A stretch of 32,000 bases of DNA from contig NZ_BCZP01000009.1 in assembly GCF_001598795.1 (NCBI RefSeq), forward strand, positions 1 to 32,000, in the 5' to 3' direction. This document shows, piece by piece, positions 1 to 9,101 of the stretch (its first letter is position 1; each line of letters starts with the position of its first letter). Below the pieces are notes generated by a model. It did not search any database. It saw nothing but the letters and a program-made list of their open reading frames with translations, and was not told the origin of the DNA. The translations under genes and the position numbers were made by a program. The stretch is from Delftia acidovorans NBRC 14950. GTDB taxonomy: Bacteria; Pseudomonadota; Gammaproteobacteria; Burkholderiales; Burkholderiaceae_C.

Positions 1-55
1 GAGCACTGCCTTCACACGGCAGGGGTCACATGTTCGATCCATGTATCACCCACCA
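1..55 (+). tRNA. tRNA-Val(CAC), 3' portion of a copy cut by the window edge
   Basis: Bases 1-55 are identical to the last 55 nt of the complete copies at 93-167 and 206-280. They include the anticodon arm CTGCC-TTCACAC-GGCAG, T arm ACATG-TTCGATC-CATGT, acceptor 3' half ATCACCC, discriminator A and an encoded CCA. Confidence 0.9.
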
Positions 56-92
56 TTTTTTCCAAAGAGGTTGGCCTAGCAGCCAGCTTCGC

Positions 93-167
93 GGGTGATT
101 AGCTCAGCGGTAGAGCACTGCCTTCACACGGCAGGGGTCACATGTTCGATCCATGTATCACCCACCA
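93..167 (+). tRNA. tRNA-Val, anticodon CAC, 75 nt with encoded CCA
   Basis: Hand-folded cloverleaf. Acceptor GGGTGAT/ATCACCC, D arm GCTC-AGCGGTA-GAGC, anticodon arm CTGCC-TTCACAC-GGCAG (positions 34-36 = CAC), variable loop GGGTC, T arm ACATG-TTCGATC-CATGT, discriminator A, CCA. The 5' end GGGTGATTAGCTCAG is typical of bacterial tRNA-Val. Confidence 0.93.
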
Positions 168-205
168 GTTTTTTCCAAAGAAGTTGGCCTTGCAGCCGGC
201 TTCGC

Positions 206-280
206 GGGTGATTAGCTCAGCGGTAGAGCACTGCCTTCACACGGCAGGGGTCACATGTTCGATCCATGTATCACCCACCA
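206..280 (+). tRNA. tRNA-Val, anticodon CAC, 75 nt with encoded CCA
   Basis: Sequence is identical to the copy at 93-167. It is followed by a strong terminator hairpin. Confidence 0.93.
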
Positions 281-284
281 ATCA

Positions 285-317
285 AGCCCTCCTGAAATCT
301 GTTCAGGAGGGCTTTTT
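285..317 (+). terminator. Rho-independent terminator of the tRNA-Val array
   Basis: Perfect 12 bp stem AGCCCTCCTGAA / TTCAGGAGGGCT with a 5 nt loop, running into TTTTT (313-317). Confidence 0.85.
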
Positions 318-439
318 CATTTCCGCTCGGTGCATGGTTTTCAGGCCCTGGAAATTCCAATGTGTCCAGATGATCTGTGGCGCATTCGTGTCTGACGCCG
401 TCTGATAATCGGCTGCTGGACGGCGAAAGGGCAGACAAG

Positions 440-1540
440 ATGAGCGAACAGGTCGATTGCGTGGTGGTGGGGGCGGGCGTGGTGGGGCTGGCGGTGGCCA
501 GGGCGCTGGCGTTGCAGGGCAGGGAGGTCATGGTGCTGGAGGCGGCTGAAGCCATTGGCACGGGCACCAGCTCGCGCAACAGCGAGGTCATCCATGCCGG
601 CATCTATTATCCCGAAGGTTCGTTGAAAGCCCGTTTGTGCGTCGAAGGCCGGCAGCGTCTCTACGCCTACTGCGGTGAACGTGGCATTGCCCATCAGCGC
701 TGCGGCAAGCTCATCGTGGCAACGGATGAGGCGCAGCGCGGACAGCTCCAGACCATTGCACGCAAGGCCGAAGCCAATGGCGTCCACGACCTGCGCTGGC
801 TTGAAGGCGCCGAGGCACGTGCCATGGAGCCCGCGCTGCACTGTGCGGCGGCGTTGCACTCCCCCAGCACCGGCATCATCGACAGCCACGCACTGATGCT
901 GGCCCTGCAGGGCGATCTCGAAAACGCAGGCGGCATGGTGGTCTGCCGTGCCGAGGTGCAGGAGGCAGCCATCCGTCCAGGCGGCGTGTGGCTGCACACG
1001 GCCGATGGGACGGAACTGATGGCCCGCACCCTGGTCAATGCGGCAGGTCTTTATGCGCCATTGCTGGCGGCCCGTTTGCAGGGGTTTCCGCAGCAGTTTG
1101 TTCCGCAGGCCTTCTATGCCAAGGGCAACTATTTCACGCTGTCCGGGCGGGCACCGTTCTCGCGCCTGATCTATCCCGTGCCCGAGGCGGCGGGCCTGGG
1201 CGTGCATCTCACGCTGGACATGGGTGGCCAGGCCAAGTTCGGCCCCGATGTGCAGTGGGTCGAGAGCCCAGGTGATCTGCAGGTCGATCCCGTGCGCGCC
1301 GACGCCTTCTACGCAGAGATCCGCCGGTATTGGCCGGGTCTGGCCGATGGCGCGCTGGTGCCCGGCTACGCCGGCATCCGCCCCAAGATCAGCGGCCCCG
1401 GCGAGGCCGCCGCAGACTTCGTGATTCAGGGGCCTCAGACCCACGGCGTTGCGGGCGTGGTGCAACTGCTGGGCATCGAGTCACCGGGATTGACCAGCTG
1501 CCTGGCCATTGGCGCGCACGTGGCGCAATTGCTGGCCTGA
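440..1540 (+). CDS. FAD-dependent oxidoreductase (COG0579, L-2-hydroxyglutarate oxidase LhgO-like family)
   Basis: ORF 377..1540; internal ATG at 440 gives [23 protein letters not shown]. This carries the GxGxxG dinucleotide fold, followed by [21 protein letters not shown], typical of the LhgO/YgaF family. Start choice is moderately certain. Confidence 0.85.
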   Translation: MSEQVDCVVVGAGVVGLAVARALALQGREVMVLEAAEAIGTGTSSRNSEVIHAGIYYPEGSLKARLCVEGRQRLYAYCGERGIAHQRCGKLIVATDEAQRGQLQTIARKAEANGVHDLRWLEGAEARAMEPALHCAAALHSPSTGIIDSHALMLALQGDLENAGGMVVCRAEVQEAAIRPGGVWLHTADGTELMARTLVNAAGLYAPLLAARLQGFPQQFVPQAFYAKGNYFTLSGRAPFSRLIYPVPEAAGLGVHLTLDMGGQAKFGPDVQWVESPGDLQVDPVRADAFYAEIRRYWPGLADGALVPGYAGIRPKISGPGEAAADFVIQGPQTHGVAGVVQLLGIESPGLTSCLAIGAHVAQLLA

Positions 1541-1742
1541 GGATCTGCCGGTTCACGACACACGGCCACGGCAGGCCTTGTCTGACAAGGCTCAGGCCCT
1601 CTCGCTTCCCGGAAGCCCCGGAACAATTGGATAAGATGCTTGCATGTAACAAGGGCCTTGCCCATGTTGCGTGACAGGTATCGGGCGACATGATTGCCTG
1701 CTCCCCGCTGTATTTGTTTTCACCTCAATAGAAAGGCTCATC

Positions 1743-2054
1743 ATGACGAAATCGATCACTGACACCGTCTCCACCGCACAAGCCGATCTTGAAAAACTGG
1801 TCGGCGACCTGCGTGGTCTGCTGTCTGCCAAGGAGCTGGATGCCGTGCCGGAAATCCATATGCTGCGCCAGCGTATCGATGATGGCATGTCCAATGTGCG
1901 TGAGTCCGCGGTGCGTGCGGCGCAGGAAGCGGCCCGCCAGGCCAAGGATGCCGCCTACGCTGCCGATCGCTACGCCCACGATGAGCCGTGGCGCGTTGCA
2001 GGCGCGGCCCTTGCCATGGGCGCCTTGCTGGGCTTCCTGCTGGGTCGTCGCTGA
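1743..2054 (+). CDS. DUF883 family membrane-anchored stress protein (ElaB/YqjD/YgaM-like)
   Basis: ATG at 1743 is preceded by GAAAGG. The C-terminus ADRYAHDEPWRVAGAALAMGALLGFLLGRR matches the conserved ElaB/YqjD tail anchor (E. coli ...DDYVHEKPWQGIGVGAAVGLVLGLLLARR). Confidence 0.85.
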   Translation: MTKSITDTVSTAQADLEKLVGDLRGLLSAKELDAVPEIHMLRQRIDDGMSNVRESAVRAAQEAARQAKDAAYAADRYAHDEPWRVAGAALAMGALLGFLLGRR

Positions 2055-2062
2055 TCAACGGC

Positions 2063-2482
2063 ATGCCTGACCAGAAAAGGATGCCTGTGAATTGGATTTC
2101 CCTTCTGGGTTTGGATGCCTGGGTGGCGCGCTGGCGCGCTTCCGTGATCGAGCTGGCCATTGCCGCAGAAGACCGCACGGACCTCGCGCGGCTTGAATGG
2201 GCCGAGCACAAGCGCAGCATGCAGACGGTGGTCGTGCTGCTGATTGCGCTTGCTGGACTCAGCGTCGTGGTCATGCTCACGCTGTCGGTGGCCTTGCTCG
2301 TGCAGTTCTGGGACACCGAGCACCGCGTGCTGGTGGGCTGGCTGGTGGGCGGTGGCTGGCTGGCGGTCTGGGCCATTGCCCTGTGGCAATTGCTGGCTGC
2401 CGTGCGCCGCCTGGCCCGCCCCTTCATCCTTACCCGCAACGAGCTGAGCCAGGACTGGCAGGCGCTGAAGAAGAGGCTGTAG
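2063..2482 (+). CDS. YqjE-like (phage-holin-family/DUF1469) inner membrane protein
   Basis: Two hydrophobic helices follow an amphipathic segment RTDLARLEWAEHK (cf. E. coli YqjE RLRLAVVELEEEK). It sits directly after the yqjD-like gene, as in E. coli. Start is uncertain: ATG 2063, ATG 2081 or GTG 2087, the last with AAAGGA upstream. Confidence 0.7.
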   Translation: MPDQKRMPVNWISLLGLDAWVARWRASVIELAIAAEDRTDLARLEWAEHKRSMQTVVVLLIALAGLSVVVMLTLSVALLVQFWDTEHRVLVGWLVGGGWLAVWAIALWQLLAAVRRLARPFILTRNELSQDWQALKKRL

Positions 2483-2484
2483 CC

Positions 2485-2856
2485 ATGGTCGATGCTTCCA
2501 ACGCTTCCCCGTCCCGCAACGCTGTCACGCCACCCGCGCCCACGGGGCTCAATGCGGAGCTCTGGGTCACATCCACCGTTGAGCAGCAGCAGGTGATGCA
2601 ACGCATTGCCCAGCAACGCGAGCGCCTCAAGGCGCGCTCTGCGGCCGTGGCCCAGGCCCGGGCATTGAGCCGCTCTGCCACCCAGGTGCAGCCCGATGCA
2701 CCGCTGGTGGAACGTGCCATCACCTTTGCGCGCCTGCATCCCGTGGCCGTGGCCGTGGCGGCCGGTGCCGCACTGATGGTGGGCCCGCGCAAGCTGCTGC
2801 GATTCGGCACCACCGTCATGCCCCTGATCCTGCGCTGGCAGCAGCGCAGGGGTTGA
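2485..2856 (+). CDS. YqjK-like small membrane protein
   Basis: ATG at 2485 lies 2 nt after the yqjE-like stop TAG (2480-2482). The sequence QQQVMQRIAQQRERLKARS ... one TM ... ILRWQQRRG resembles E. coli YqjK (QIQQQRLDL ... TLKQQQLRG). It is third in a conserved trio. Confidence 0.65.
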   Translation: MVDASNASPSRNAVTPPAPTGLNAELWVTSTVEQQQVMQRIAQQRERLKARSAAVAQARALSRSATQVQPDAPLVERAITFARLHPVAVAVAAGAALMVGPRKLLRFGTTVMPLILRWQQRRG

Positions 2857-2885
2857 GGGCCGAGAAGCCTGCTTCTCTCCCAAAG

Positions 2886-2911
2886 AAAACGCCCGGCATG
2901 CCGGGCGTTTT
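2886..2911. terminator. Bidirectional rho-independent terminator between the convergent yqjK-like gene and pyrD
   Basis: AAAACGCCCGGCATGCCGGGCGTTTT is a perfect palindromic GC stem flanked by an A-run and a T-run. Confidence 0.8.
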
Positions 2912-3003
2912 CGCGTTCAGCGTTCAGTGCGCCAGCACTGGCTGTGTCTTGACTCAGCTGCCTTGGCTCGAAACGCCAGGCAGCCACCTGTCTGGCGCGA
3001 GCC

Positions 3004-4050
3004 TCAACGCAGCTGGGCTATGGCGCGTGCGGTCTCGGGCACCAGGGCAGGGCCTCGGTAGATCAGGCCGCTGTAGATCTGGACCACGTCGGCGCCTGCG
3101 CGGATTTTGCTGACGGCATCTTCGCCGCTGAGAATGCCGCCCACGCCGATGATGGGGTAGCGACTGCCCAGGGCGGAGCGCAGCTGGCGGATGACCTGGT
3201 TGCTGGCCTCCAGCACCGGCGCACCGGACAGGCCGCCCGTTTCCTGCGCGTGGGGCAGGCCCTTGACGGCTTCCCGGCTGATCGTGGTGTTGGTGGCGAT
3301 CACACCATCCATGCCATGGCGCTGCAGCGTGGCGGCGATGACGCCGACCTGCTCTTCATCCAGGTCGGGTGCGATCTTCACGAACACCGGCACCCGCTTG
3401 CCATGCTGCGTGGCCAGCTGCTCGCGGCGCTCGGCAATCGCACCCAGCAGGGCGTCCAGCGCTTCGTCGCTTTGCAGGGCGCGCAGGTTCTTGGTGTTGG
3501 GCGAGCTGATGTTCACCGTCACGTAGTCGGCATGCGGGTACACGCCGTCCAGCGCCTTGAGATAGTCGCTGGTGGCATCTTCGATGGGAGTGGTGGCGTT
3601 CTTGCCGATGTTCAGCCCCAGCAGCATGGGTTTGCCCTGGGCGCGGGCCTGCGAGCGCTTGACGTTGCTCAGGAAGGCATCCAGGCCTTCGTTGTTGAAG
3701 CCCAGGCGGTTGATCAGCGCATTGCGTTCGGGAATGCGGAACATGCGCGGCTTGGGGTTGCCCGGTTGCGGGCGGGGCGTCACGGTGCCCACCTCGACGA
3801 AGCCGAAGCCCATGGCGGCCAGCGCGTCGATGCAGCGTGCATTCTTGTCCAGACCCGCTGCCATGCCCACGCGGTTGGGGAACTTGAGGCCGGCCAGTTC
3901 GACAGGGTCACTCACCATGGGCTGTGCCCACGCCTGCTGCAGGAGCGTGTTCTGCCCCTTTGCCATCAGGTTCATCGTGAGATCGTGGGCGGATTCGGGG
4001 TCCATGCCGAAGAGAAAGGGACGGGTCAGGGCGTAGGGGATCAGAGACAT
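3004..4050 (-). CDS. pyrD: Dihydroorotate dehydrogenase (quinone), class 2
   Basis: ORF 3004..4125 was trimmed to the ATG at 4050. [24 protein letters not shown] aligns with the E. coli PyrD N-terminus [21 protein letters not shown]. Conserved motifs include [36 protein letters not shown] and GGLSG. Confidence 0.95.
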   Translation of the reverse strand: MSLIPYALTRPFLFGMDPESAHDLTMNLMAKGQNTLLQQAWAQPMVSDPVELAGLKFPNRVGMAAGLDKNARCIDALAAMGFGFVEVGTVTPRPQPGNPKPRMFRIPERNALINRLGFNNEGLDAFLSNVKRSQARAQGKPMLLGLNIGKNATTPIEDATSDYLKALDGVYPHADYVTVNISSPNTKNLRALQSDEALDALLGAIAERREQLATQHGKRVPVFVKIAPDLDEEQVGVIAATLQRHGMDGVIATNTTISREAVKGLPHAQETGGLSGAPVLEASNQVIRQLRSALGSRYPIIGVGGILSGEDAVSKIRAGADVVQIYSGLIYRGPALVPETARAIAQLR

Positions 4051-4084
4051 GGGGATAATCAAAGGATTACCTGGATTTTCCCTC

Positions 4085-4777
4085 ATGACGACATCTGCTG
4101 CCTCTTTTTCCCAAGATGAACTCAAAGCCCTGGTCGGGCAAGCCGCTCTGGCCTATGTGGTGCCCGGCGAAATCGTCGGCGTTGGCACCGGCTCCACGGT
4201 CAACAAGTTCATCGATGCACTGGCCACCATCAAGGACCAGATCCCGGGCGCCGTGTCCAGCTCCGTGGCCAGCACCGAGCGCCTGAAGGCGCTGGGCATC
4301 AAGGTGCTGGATGCCAACGAAGTCGCCAGCCTGTCGGTCTACATCGACGGCGCTGACGAGATCGACGGTCGCGGCTACATGGTCAAGGGCGGCGGCGCCG
4401 CGCTGACGCGCGAGAAGATCGTCGCTGCGCTGGCCGAGCGCTTTGTCTGCATTGCCGATGCCTCCAAGCGCGTCGAGGTACTCGGAGACTTTCCGCTACC
4501 TGTGGAGGTGATTCCCATGGCGGCTGCCCAGATTGCGAACCGCTTCAAGGCTATGGGTGGTCGCGCCGAGATCCGCATGAAGGACGGCGCGCCCCTGGTG
4601 ACGGACAACGGCCAGCACATTCTTGATGTGCGCGGCCTGAAGATTGCCGAGCCGCTGGCCTTCGAGTCCGAGGTCAACCAGTGGCCCGGCGTGGTGACCG
4701 TGGGAGTGTTTGCGCACCAGAAGGCATCGGTCTGCCTGCTGGGCACGCCCGAGGGCGTGCAGACGCTCAACTATTGA
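4085..4777 (+). CDS. rpiA: Ribose-5-phosphate isomerase A
   Basis: Internal ATG at 4085 ([14 protein letters not shown]). RpiA motifs [15 protein letters not shown] and [11 protein letters not shown] are present. Confidence 0.92.
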   Translation: MTTSAASFSQDELKALVGQAALAYVVPGEIVGVGTGSTVNKFIDALATIKDQIPGAVSSSVASTERLKALGIKVLDANEVASLSVYIDGADEIDGRGYMVKGGGAALTREKIVAALAERFVCIADASKRVEVLGDFPLPVEVIPMAAAQIANRFKAMGGRAEIRMKDGAPLVTDNGQHILDVRGLKIAEPLAFESEVNQWPGVVTVGVFAHQKASVCLLGTPEGVQTLNY

Positions 4778-4791
4778 GCGAAGGCCCTCCG

Positions 4792-4812
4792 GCCTCGGCT
4801 AGCCGAGGCTTT
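4792..4812. terminator. Palindromic hairpin between convergent rpiA and the small membrane gene (overlaps the minus-gene stop)
   Basis: GCCTCGGCTAGCCGAGGC is a perfect 18 nt palindrome followed by TTT. Confidence 0.55.
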
Positions 4813-5182
4813 CGAACGCCACGGCGCCTGTGATCCACGCGAGCAGGGCCAATGCACCCAGGCACAGCGCGCGCAACGAAGCTTGCGCGCGCTGTTTTTT
4901 GTAGCGCTGTATGAGCAAGGCGATGGCCGCCAGCCCCGTGTAGAGGGCAAGGAACGCAGCCGTCGCCATGTAGTAGGCCAGACGGTTGAGGCCATTGCCC
5001 AGACCTCCGTCATGCATGAACCACAGCGTGATCAGGCAAGGCACAAGCACCAGGCTGCCCAGCCTGAAAGGCTCGCGCCATGAAGGCCTGGCAACCAGGG
5101 TCCACGCGATGAGCGCGGGCAGGCCGACAAGCGTGGCAAGCCTTGCCATGGTCCAGACCACATCGGACAGCATGGAATCCAC
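4799..5182 (-). CDS. Hypothetical small integral membrane protein (about 4 hydrophobic helices)
   Basis: GTG start at 5182 with AGGAG 7 nt upstream. The start lies 30 nt downstream of the upstream Grx-like gene, so co-transcription is likely. Hydrophobic segments include LATLVGLPALIAWTLV, LVLVPCLITLWF, YYMATAAFLALYTGLAAIALLI and LCLGALALLAWITGAV. I recognise no family. Confidence 0.6.
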   Translation of the reverse strand: MDSMLSDVVWTMARLATLVGLPALIAWTLVARPSWREPFRLGSLVLVPCLITLWFMHDGGLGNGLNRLAYYMATAAFLALYTGLAAIALLIQRYKKQRAQASLRALCLGALALLAWITGAVAFESLG

Positions 5183-5212
5183 GGCCGGGCTCCTGACTGC
5201 GGCAGTGTCTGC

Positions 5213-5902
5213 CTAGAAACTCAAGCCTGCGGGGTTGTCGCTGGTGCGTGCACCAGGTGCAGGGGCGGGGATGGGGGTGCGTCTATTTCCCTGTTCCTGG
5301 GCGGTGGGTGCCGCAGCGGGCGCTGATGCAGCCGGTACGGCAGGCTTGGGTGTGGTCAGGGGCTGCGCTGGTGGCCGCTTGTACTGGGCAGGCAGTTGGG
5401 AGCTTGCGGGATAGCCTGCGGCATCCAGGTACTGCGTCCATTCGCTGGAGGAGAAGCCGGTAAGAAATTGCTTGCCGACGGTGGCAAACGGCAGTCCGGT
5501 CTGCCCGCTGAGCTTGTTCAGGGCTGCCGCGTCCGCCTCGGTCTGCACCAGACGCTCGGCATAGGGAATGCCTCTGGATTGCAGCAACTGACGCGCGCTA
5601 TCGCAGGGCGCGCAATCGGACGAGGAGTACAGCGTCACCGGAAAGCGGTCAGCAATCTGGCGCAGCGCATAGGGCAGGCCGGCGTTGCTGTCCGAGGCGC
5701 TTGCAACTGCCTGGGCGGCAGGCGCTGCTTGCTGCTGGGCGCTTTGGGCCGGGCGGTCCGAGAAAGTGACTTTTCCATCGGGCCCGACGATACGGTAGAC
5801 CTGTTGTGCGCTGGCCGGCAGCGCGGCAGCGAGGCAGACGAGGGCGAGGCATGGCATCAGGTGGCGCAGGGCGCCGCGGCCAAGGCTGGGAGAAGACTGC
5901 AT
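5213..5902 (-). CDS. Secreted DUF4124-glutaredoxin fusion protein with a Pro/Ala-rich C-terminal tail
   Basis: Signal-like N-terminus LMPCLALVCLAAALPASA. The DUF4124-type motif VYRIVGPDGKVTFSDRP is present, then a glutaredoxin-like VTLYSSSDCAPCDSARQLLQSRGIPY (CxxC). Start ATG 5902 is chosen over 5857 without strong SD support. Confidence 0.7.
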   Translation of the reverse strand: MQSSPSLGRGALRHLMPCLALVCLAAALPASAQQVYRIVGPDGKVTFSDRPAQSAQQQAAPAAQAVASASDSNAGLPYALRQIADRFPVTLYSSSDCAPCDSARQLLQSRGIPYAERLVQTEADAAALNKLSGQTGLPFATVGKQFLTGFSSSEWTQYLDAAGYPASSQLPAQYKRPPAQPLTTPKPAVPAASAPAAAPTAQEQGNRRTPIPAPAPGARTSDNPAGLSF

Positions 5903-6065
5903 GGACGATCTCGGTTTCGGAAGAAGGGTTTCGTGCCGGGGGCCACCACTCGTCGGATGGATGCCCGCACAGGAGTGCCTGCAAGCATAGCGTGCCATTC
6001 ATCCTGGGCCATCTTCTGGAGCCACAGGATGTGGCTGCGCGCATCCGATGGGGTGGCCGGGCCAG

Positions 6066-6089
6066 GAAAAAGCGCCCCGTCGGGGCGCT
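6066..6089 (-). terminator. Rho-independent terminator of prlC
   Basis: On the minus strand, AGCGCCCCGACGGGGCGCT is followed by TTTTTCC. It lies about 20 nt after the prlC stop. Confidence 0.8.
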
Positions 6090-6109
6090 GCAGACCTGGG
6101 GCCGGGCTC

Positions 6110-8158
6110 TCAGGCCTGGGCCATGCCCTGGTGGCGCAACAGCGCATCCAGCTGGGGTTCGCGGCCACGGAAGGCCTTGAACGACTCCATGGCCGGGCGG
6201 GCCCCCCCGGCCTCCAGAATCGCCTCACGGTAGCGGCGGCCTGTCTCGGGGTTGGGGGTTCCATCGGCCAGCATGGTTTCCTCGAAGGCCGCATAGGCAT
6301 CTGCCGAGAGGACTTCAGCCCACTTGTAGCTGTAGTAGCCGGCTGCATAGCCACCTGCAAAGATGTGGCTGAAGGTGTGGGCCGAGCGGCTGTAAGGAGT
6401 CGACGGCAGCACGGCCACCTCGGCGCGCACGCGGGCCAGCAGCGGCATGATGTCTGCCTTCGGATCGTGCTCGGTATGCAGCAGCATGTCGAACAGCGAG
6501 AACTCGATCTGGCGCAGCGTCTGCATGCCCGACTGGAAGTTCTTGGCCGCGATCATCTTGTCGTACAGGGCGCGCGGCAGCGGCTCGCCGCTGTCCACGT
6601 GGGCGGTCATGTGCTTGAGCACTTCCCATTCCCAGCAGAAGTTCTCCATGAACTGGCTTGGCAGCTCCACGGCATCCCATTCCACGCCCGCGATGCCCGA
6701 GACGTCGCGCTCGTTGACCTGGGTCAGCATGTGGTGCAGGCCGTGGCCGGTTTCATGGAACAGCGTGATCACGTCATCGTGCGTGAGCAGGGCCGGCTTT
6801 CCATCGACGCCGGTGGCAAAGTTGCAGACCAGGTGAGCGACCGGCGTCTGCAGCCTGTGGTTGTCAGGGCGCAGCCAGCGGGTACGCACATCGTCCATCC
6901 AGGCTCCGCCACGCTTGCCCGATCGCGCCGGCTGGTCCAGGTAGAACTGGCCGACCAGCTCGGGGCCTTGCGGCGTGCTGCGCTCGATGCGGTAGAACTC
7001 GACGGCGGGATTCCAGACCGGCGCCGCGTCGCGGCGGATGGCCACGTCGAACAGCGTCTCGACGATCTTGAACAGGCCGGCCAGCACCTTGGGCGCAGGG
7101 AAGTACTGTTTGACCTCCTGCTCGCTGAAGGCATAGCGCGCCTCCTTGAGCTTTTCGGAGACATAGGCCCAGTCCCAGGGCTGGGGATCGGCCAGGCCCA
7201 GCTCATCGCGTGCGAAGGCGCGCAGGTCGGCGACATCCTTCTCGGCATAGGGGCGGGCCCGGTGCGCGAGATCGCGCAGAAAGTCGATCACCTGCTGTGG
7301 TGAATGCGCCATCTTGGGAACCAGCGAAATCTCGCCGAAATTGCGGTAACCCAGCAACTGCGCCTCTTCCTTGCGCAGGGCCAGGATCTCCGAGATGTTG
7401 GCCGTGTTGTCGAAGCGGATGGCATCGCCCTCGGCCTGGTCGGAGGCGCGTGTCACATAGGCGCGGTAGAGCTTCTCGCGCAGCGCACTGCTGGCCGCGA
7501 ACTGCATTACGGGCAGATAGCAGGGCATCTTCAGCGTGAGCTTGAAGCCTTGCTTGCCTTCGGCTTCAGCGGCGGAGCGGGCTGCCTGGCGCACATCCTG
7601 AGGCACGCCGTCCAGCTCCTCGGCTGTGGCGTAGTAGGCGAATGCATCGGTAGCGTCGAGCGCGTTCTCGCTGAACTTCTGCGTCAGTTCGGCCGAGCGT
7701 TCCTGGATCTTGGCAAAGCGCAGCTTGTCCTCGCCCCGCAGCTCGGCGCCGGAGAGCACGAAGTTGCGCATGGCATGGTCCCAGGCCGCACGCTGCTCGA
7801 CATTGAGCGTGGCGGGGTCAATGGCCTTGTACTTGGCGTACAGGCGCTCGTCGGCACCCAGGCGCGTCCAGAATTCGGTGACCTTGGGCAGGGACTCGTT
7901 GTAGGCGGCGCGCAGCTCGGGCGTATCGGCCACGCTGTTGAGGTGGCTGACGGCGCCCCAGGCCGTTCCCAGCTTCTCGGTGGCGACATCGAGCACGGCC
8001 GAGATCGAATCCCAGCGCGCCGGAAAGTCGGGTGCCGTGACGGTCTCCAGGGCCTCTGCGGCCCCGGTCAGCAGGATATCGATGGCCGGGCCGACATCGG
8101 CAGGGCGTATGCGATCGAACAGGGGCAGGTCGGAGGATTCGAGGAGGGGATTGCTCAT
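6110..8158 (-). CDS. prlC: Oligopeptidase A (M3 family zinc metallopeptidase)
   Basis: 682 aa, starting at ATG 8158. The HEXXH zinc motif occurs as FHETGHGLHHM. Length and overall sequence are typical of PrlC/OpdA. Confidence 0.93.
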   Translation of the reverse strand: MSNPLLESSDLPLFDRIRPADVGPAIDILLTGAAEALETVTAPDFPARWDSISAVLDVATEKLGTAWGAVSHLNSVADTPELRAAYNESLPKVTEFWTRLGADERLYAKYKAIDPATLNVEQRAAWDHAMRNFVLSGAELRGEDKLRFAKIQERSAELTQKFSENALDATDAFAYYATAEELDGVPQDVRQAARSAAEAEGKQGFKLTLKMPCYLPVMQFAASSALREKLYRAYVTRASDQAEGDAIRFDNTANISEILALRKEEAQLLGYRNFGEISLVPKMAHSPQQVIDFLRDLAHRARPYAEKDVADLRAFARDELGLADPQPWDWAYVSEKLKEARYAFSEQEVKQYFPAPKVLAGLFKIVETLFDVAIRRDAAPVWNPAVEFYRIERSTPQGPELVGQFYLDQPARSGKRGGAWMDDVRTRWLRPDNHRLQTPVAHLVCNFATGVDGKPALLTHDDVITLFHETGHGLHHMLTQVNERDVSGIAGVEWDAVELPSQFMENFCWEWEVLKHMTAHVDSGEPLPRALYDKMIAAKNFQSGMQTLRQIEFSLFDMLLHTEHDPKADIMPLLARVRAEVAVLPSTPYSRSAHTFSHIFAGGYAAGYYSYKWAEVLSADAYAAFEETMLADGTPNPETGRRYREAILEAGGARPAMESFKAFRGREPQLDALLRHQGMAQA

Positions 8159-8192
8159 GCGTGTCAGATGCCGTCGGGTGCATTGAAATCAA

Positions 8193-8212
8193 GCGGCTCC
8201 CCGGGGAGCCGC
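8193..8212 (-). terminator. Hairpin downstream of folD (putative terminator)
   Basis: GCGGCTCCCCGGGGAGCCGC is a perfect 20 nt palindrome. On the minus strand it is followed by TTGATTTCAAT. Confidence 0.55.
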
Positions 8213-8233
8213 CCGATGCTTGTCAGCTCCTGG

Positions 8234-9088
8234 TCAGCCGGCGGCGCGCTCGGCCGCCTCCATGGTGTTGACCAGCAGCATGGTAATCGTCATGGGGCCG
8301 ACACCGCCGGGTACGGGCGTGATGAAGCCGGCCACTTCCTTGACGCCGTCAAAGTCCACGTCGCCGCAGAGCTTGCCTTCGTCGTTGCGATTCATGCCCA
8401 CGTCGATGACCACGGCACCGGGCTTGCACATGTCGGCCGTCAGCACGTTGCGCTTGCCCACGGCGGCGACCACGATGTCGGCCTGGCGCGTCATGGCGGC
8501 GAGATCGGCCGTGCCGCTGTGGCAGATGGTGACGGTGGCATTGGCGGCCAGCAGCATCATGGCCATGGGCTTGCCGACGATGTTGGAGCGGCCGATGACC
8601 ACGGCGTGCTTGCCGCGCAGGTCCTTCATGCCGATGGATTCCAGCATCTTCATGCAGCCGTAGGGAGTGCAGGCCTTGAAGCCGACTTCACCCACCATCA
8701 GCGCGCCCGCGCTGGCCACGTGAAAGCCGTCCACGTCCTTGAGCGGCGAAATGGTCTCGATGACCTTGTGGTCGTCGATGTGTGCGGGCAGCGGCAGCTG
8801 GACCAGGATGCCGTGGATGCTGGGGTCGTTGTTCAGCGCCTCGACGCGGGCCAGCAGTTCGGCCTCGGTCATCGAGGCATCGTACTTCTCCAGCACCGAA
8901 TGAAAGCCCGCGTCCTCGCAGGCCTTGACCTTGTTGCGCACATAGACCTGGGAGGCAGGGTTGTCGCCGACCAAAACCACGGCCAGGCCGGGCATGGTGC
9001 CGCGGGCCTTCAGGGCGGTGGCGCGCTGGGCGACTTCGGCACGCAGTTGGCGGGAGAGGGCGTTGCCGTCGATGAGTTGGGCTGTCAT
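8234..9088 (-). CDS. folD: Bifunctional methylenetetrahydrofolate dehydrogenase (NADP+) / methenyl-THF cyclohydrolase
   Basis: ATG at 9088 gives [16 protein letters not shown]. FolD motifs [35 protein letters not shown] and PGGVGPMT are present. Confidence 0.94.
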   Translation of the reverse strand: MTAQLIDGNALSRQLRAEVAQRATALKARGTMPGLAVVLVGDNPASQVYVRNKVKACEDAGFHSVLEKYDASMTEAELLARVEALNNDPSIHGILVQLPLPAHIDDHKVIETISPLKDVDGFHVASAGALMVGEVGFKACTPYGCMKMLESIGMKDLRGKHAVVIGRSNIVGKPMAMMLLAANATVTICHSGTADLAAMTRQADIVVAAVGKRNVLTADMCKPGAVVIDVGMNRNDEGKLCGDVDFDGVKEVAGFITPVPGGVGPMTITMLLVNTMEAAERAAG

Positions 9089-9101
9089 TGCAGTGAATAC
9101 C

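Larger units (their letters stand above)
1..280 (+). repeat. Tandem array of a ~113 bp unit (75 nt tRNA-Val plus 37-38 nt spacer), at least 2.5 copies, probably continuing upstream of the window
   Basis: Copy starts at 93 and 206 give a 113 bp period. The tRNA bodies are identical. The spacers 56-92 and 168-205 differ by a few substitutions and a 1-nt indel. Confidence 0.9.

Noticed and set aside
206-440. The tRNA-Val array as an integration site for a genomic island.
   Set aside because: The last tRNA is followed by a terminator and an ordinary metabolic gene. There is no integrase and no obvious compositional shift. I did not spot a repeated copy of the tRNA 3' end anywhere else in the window.
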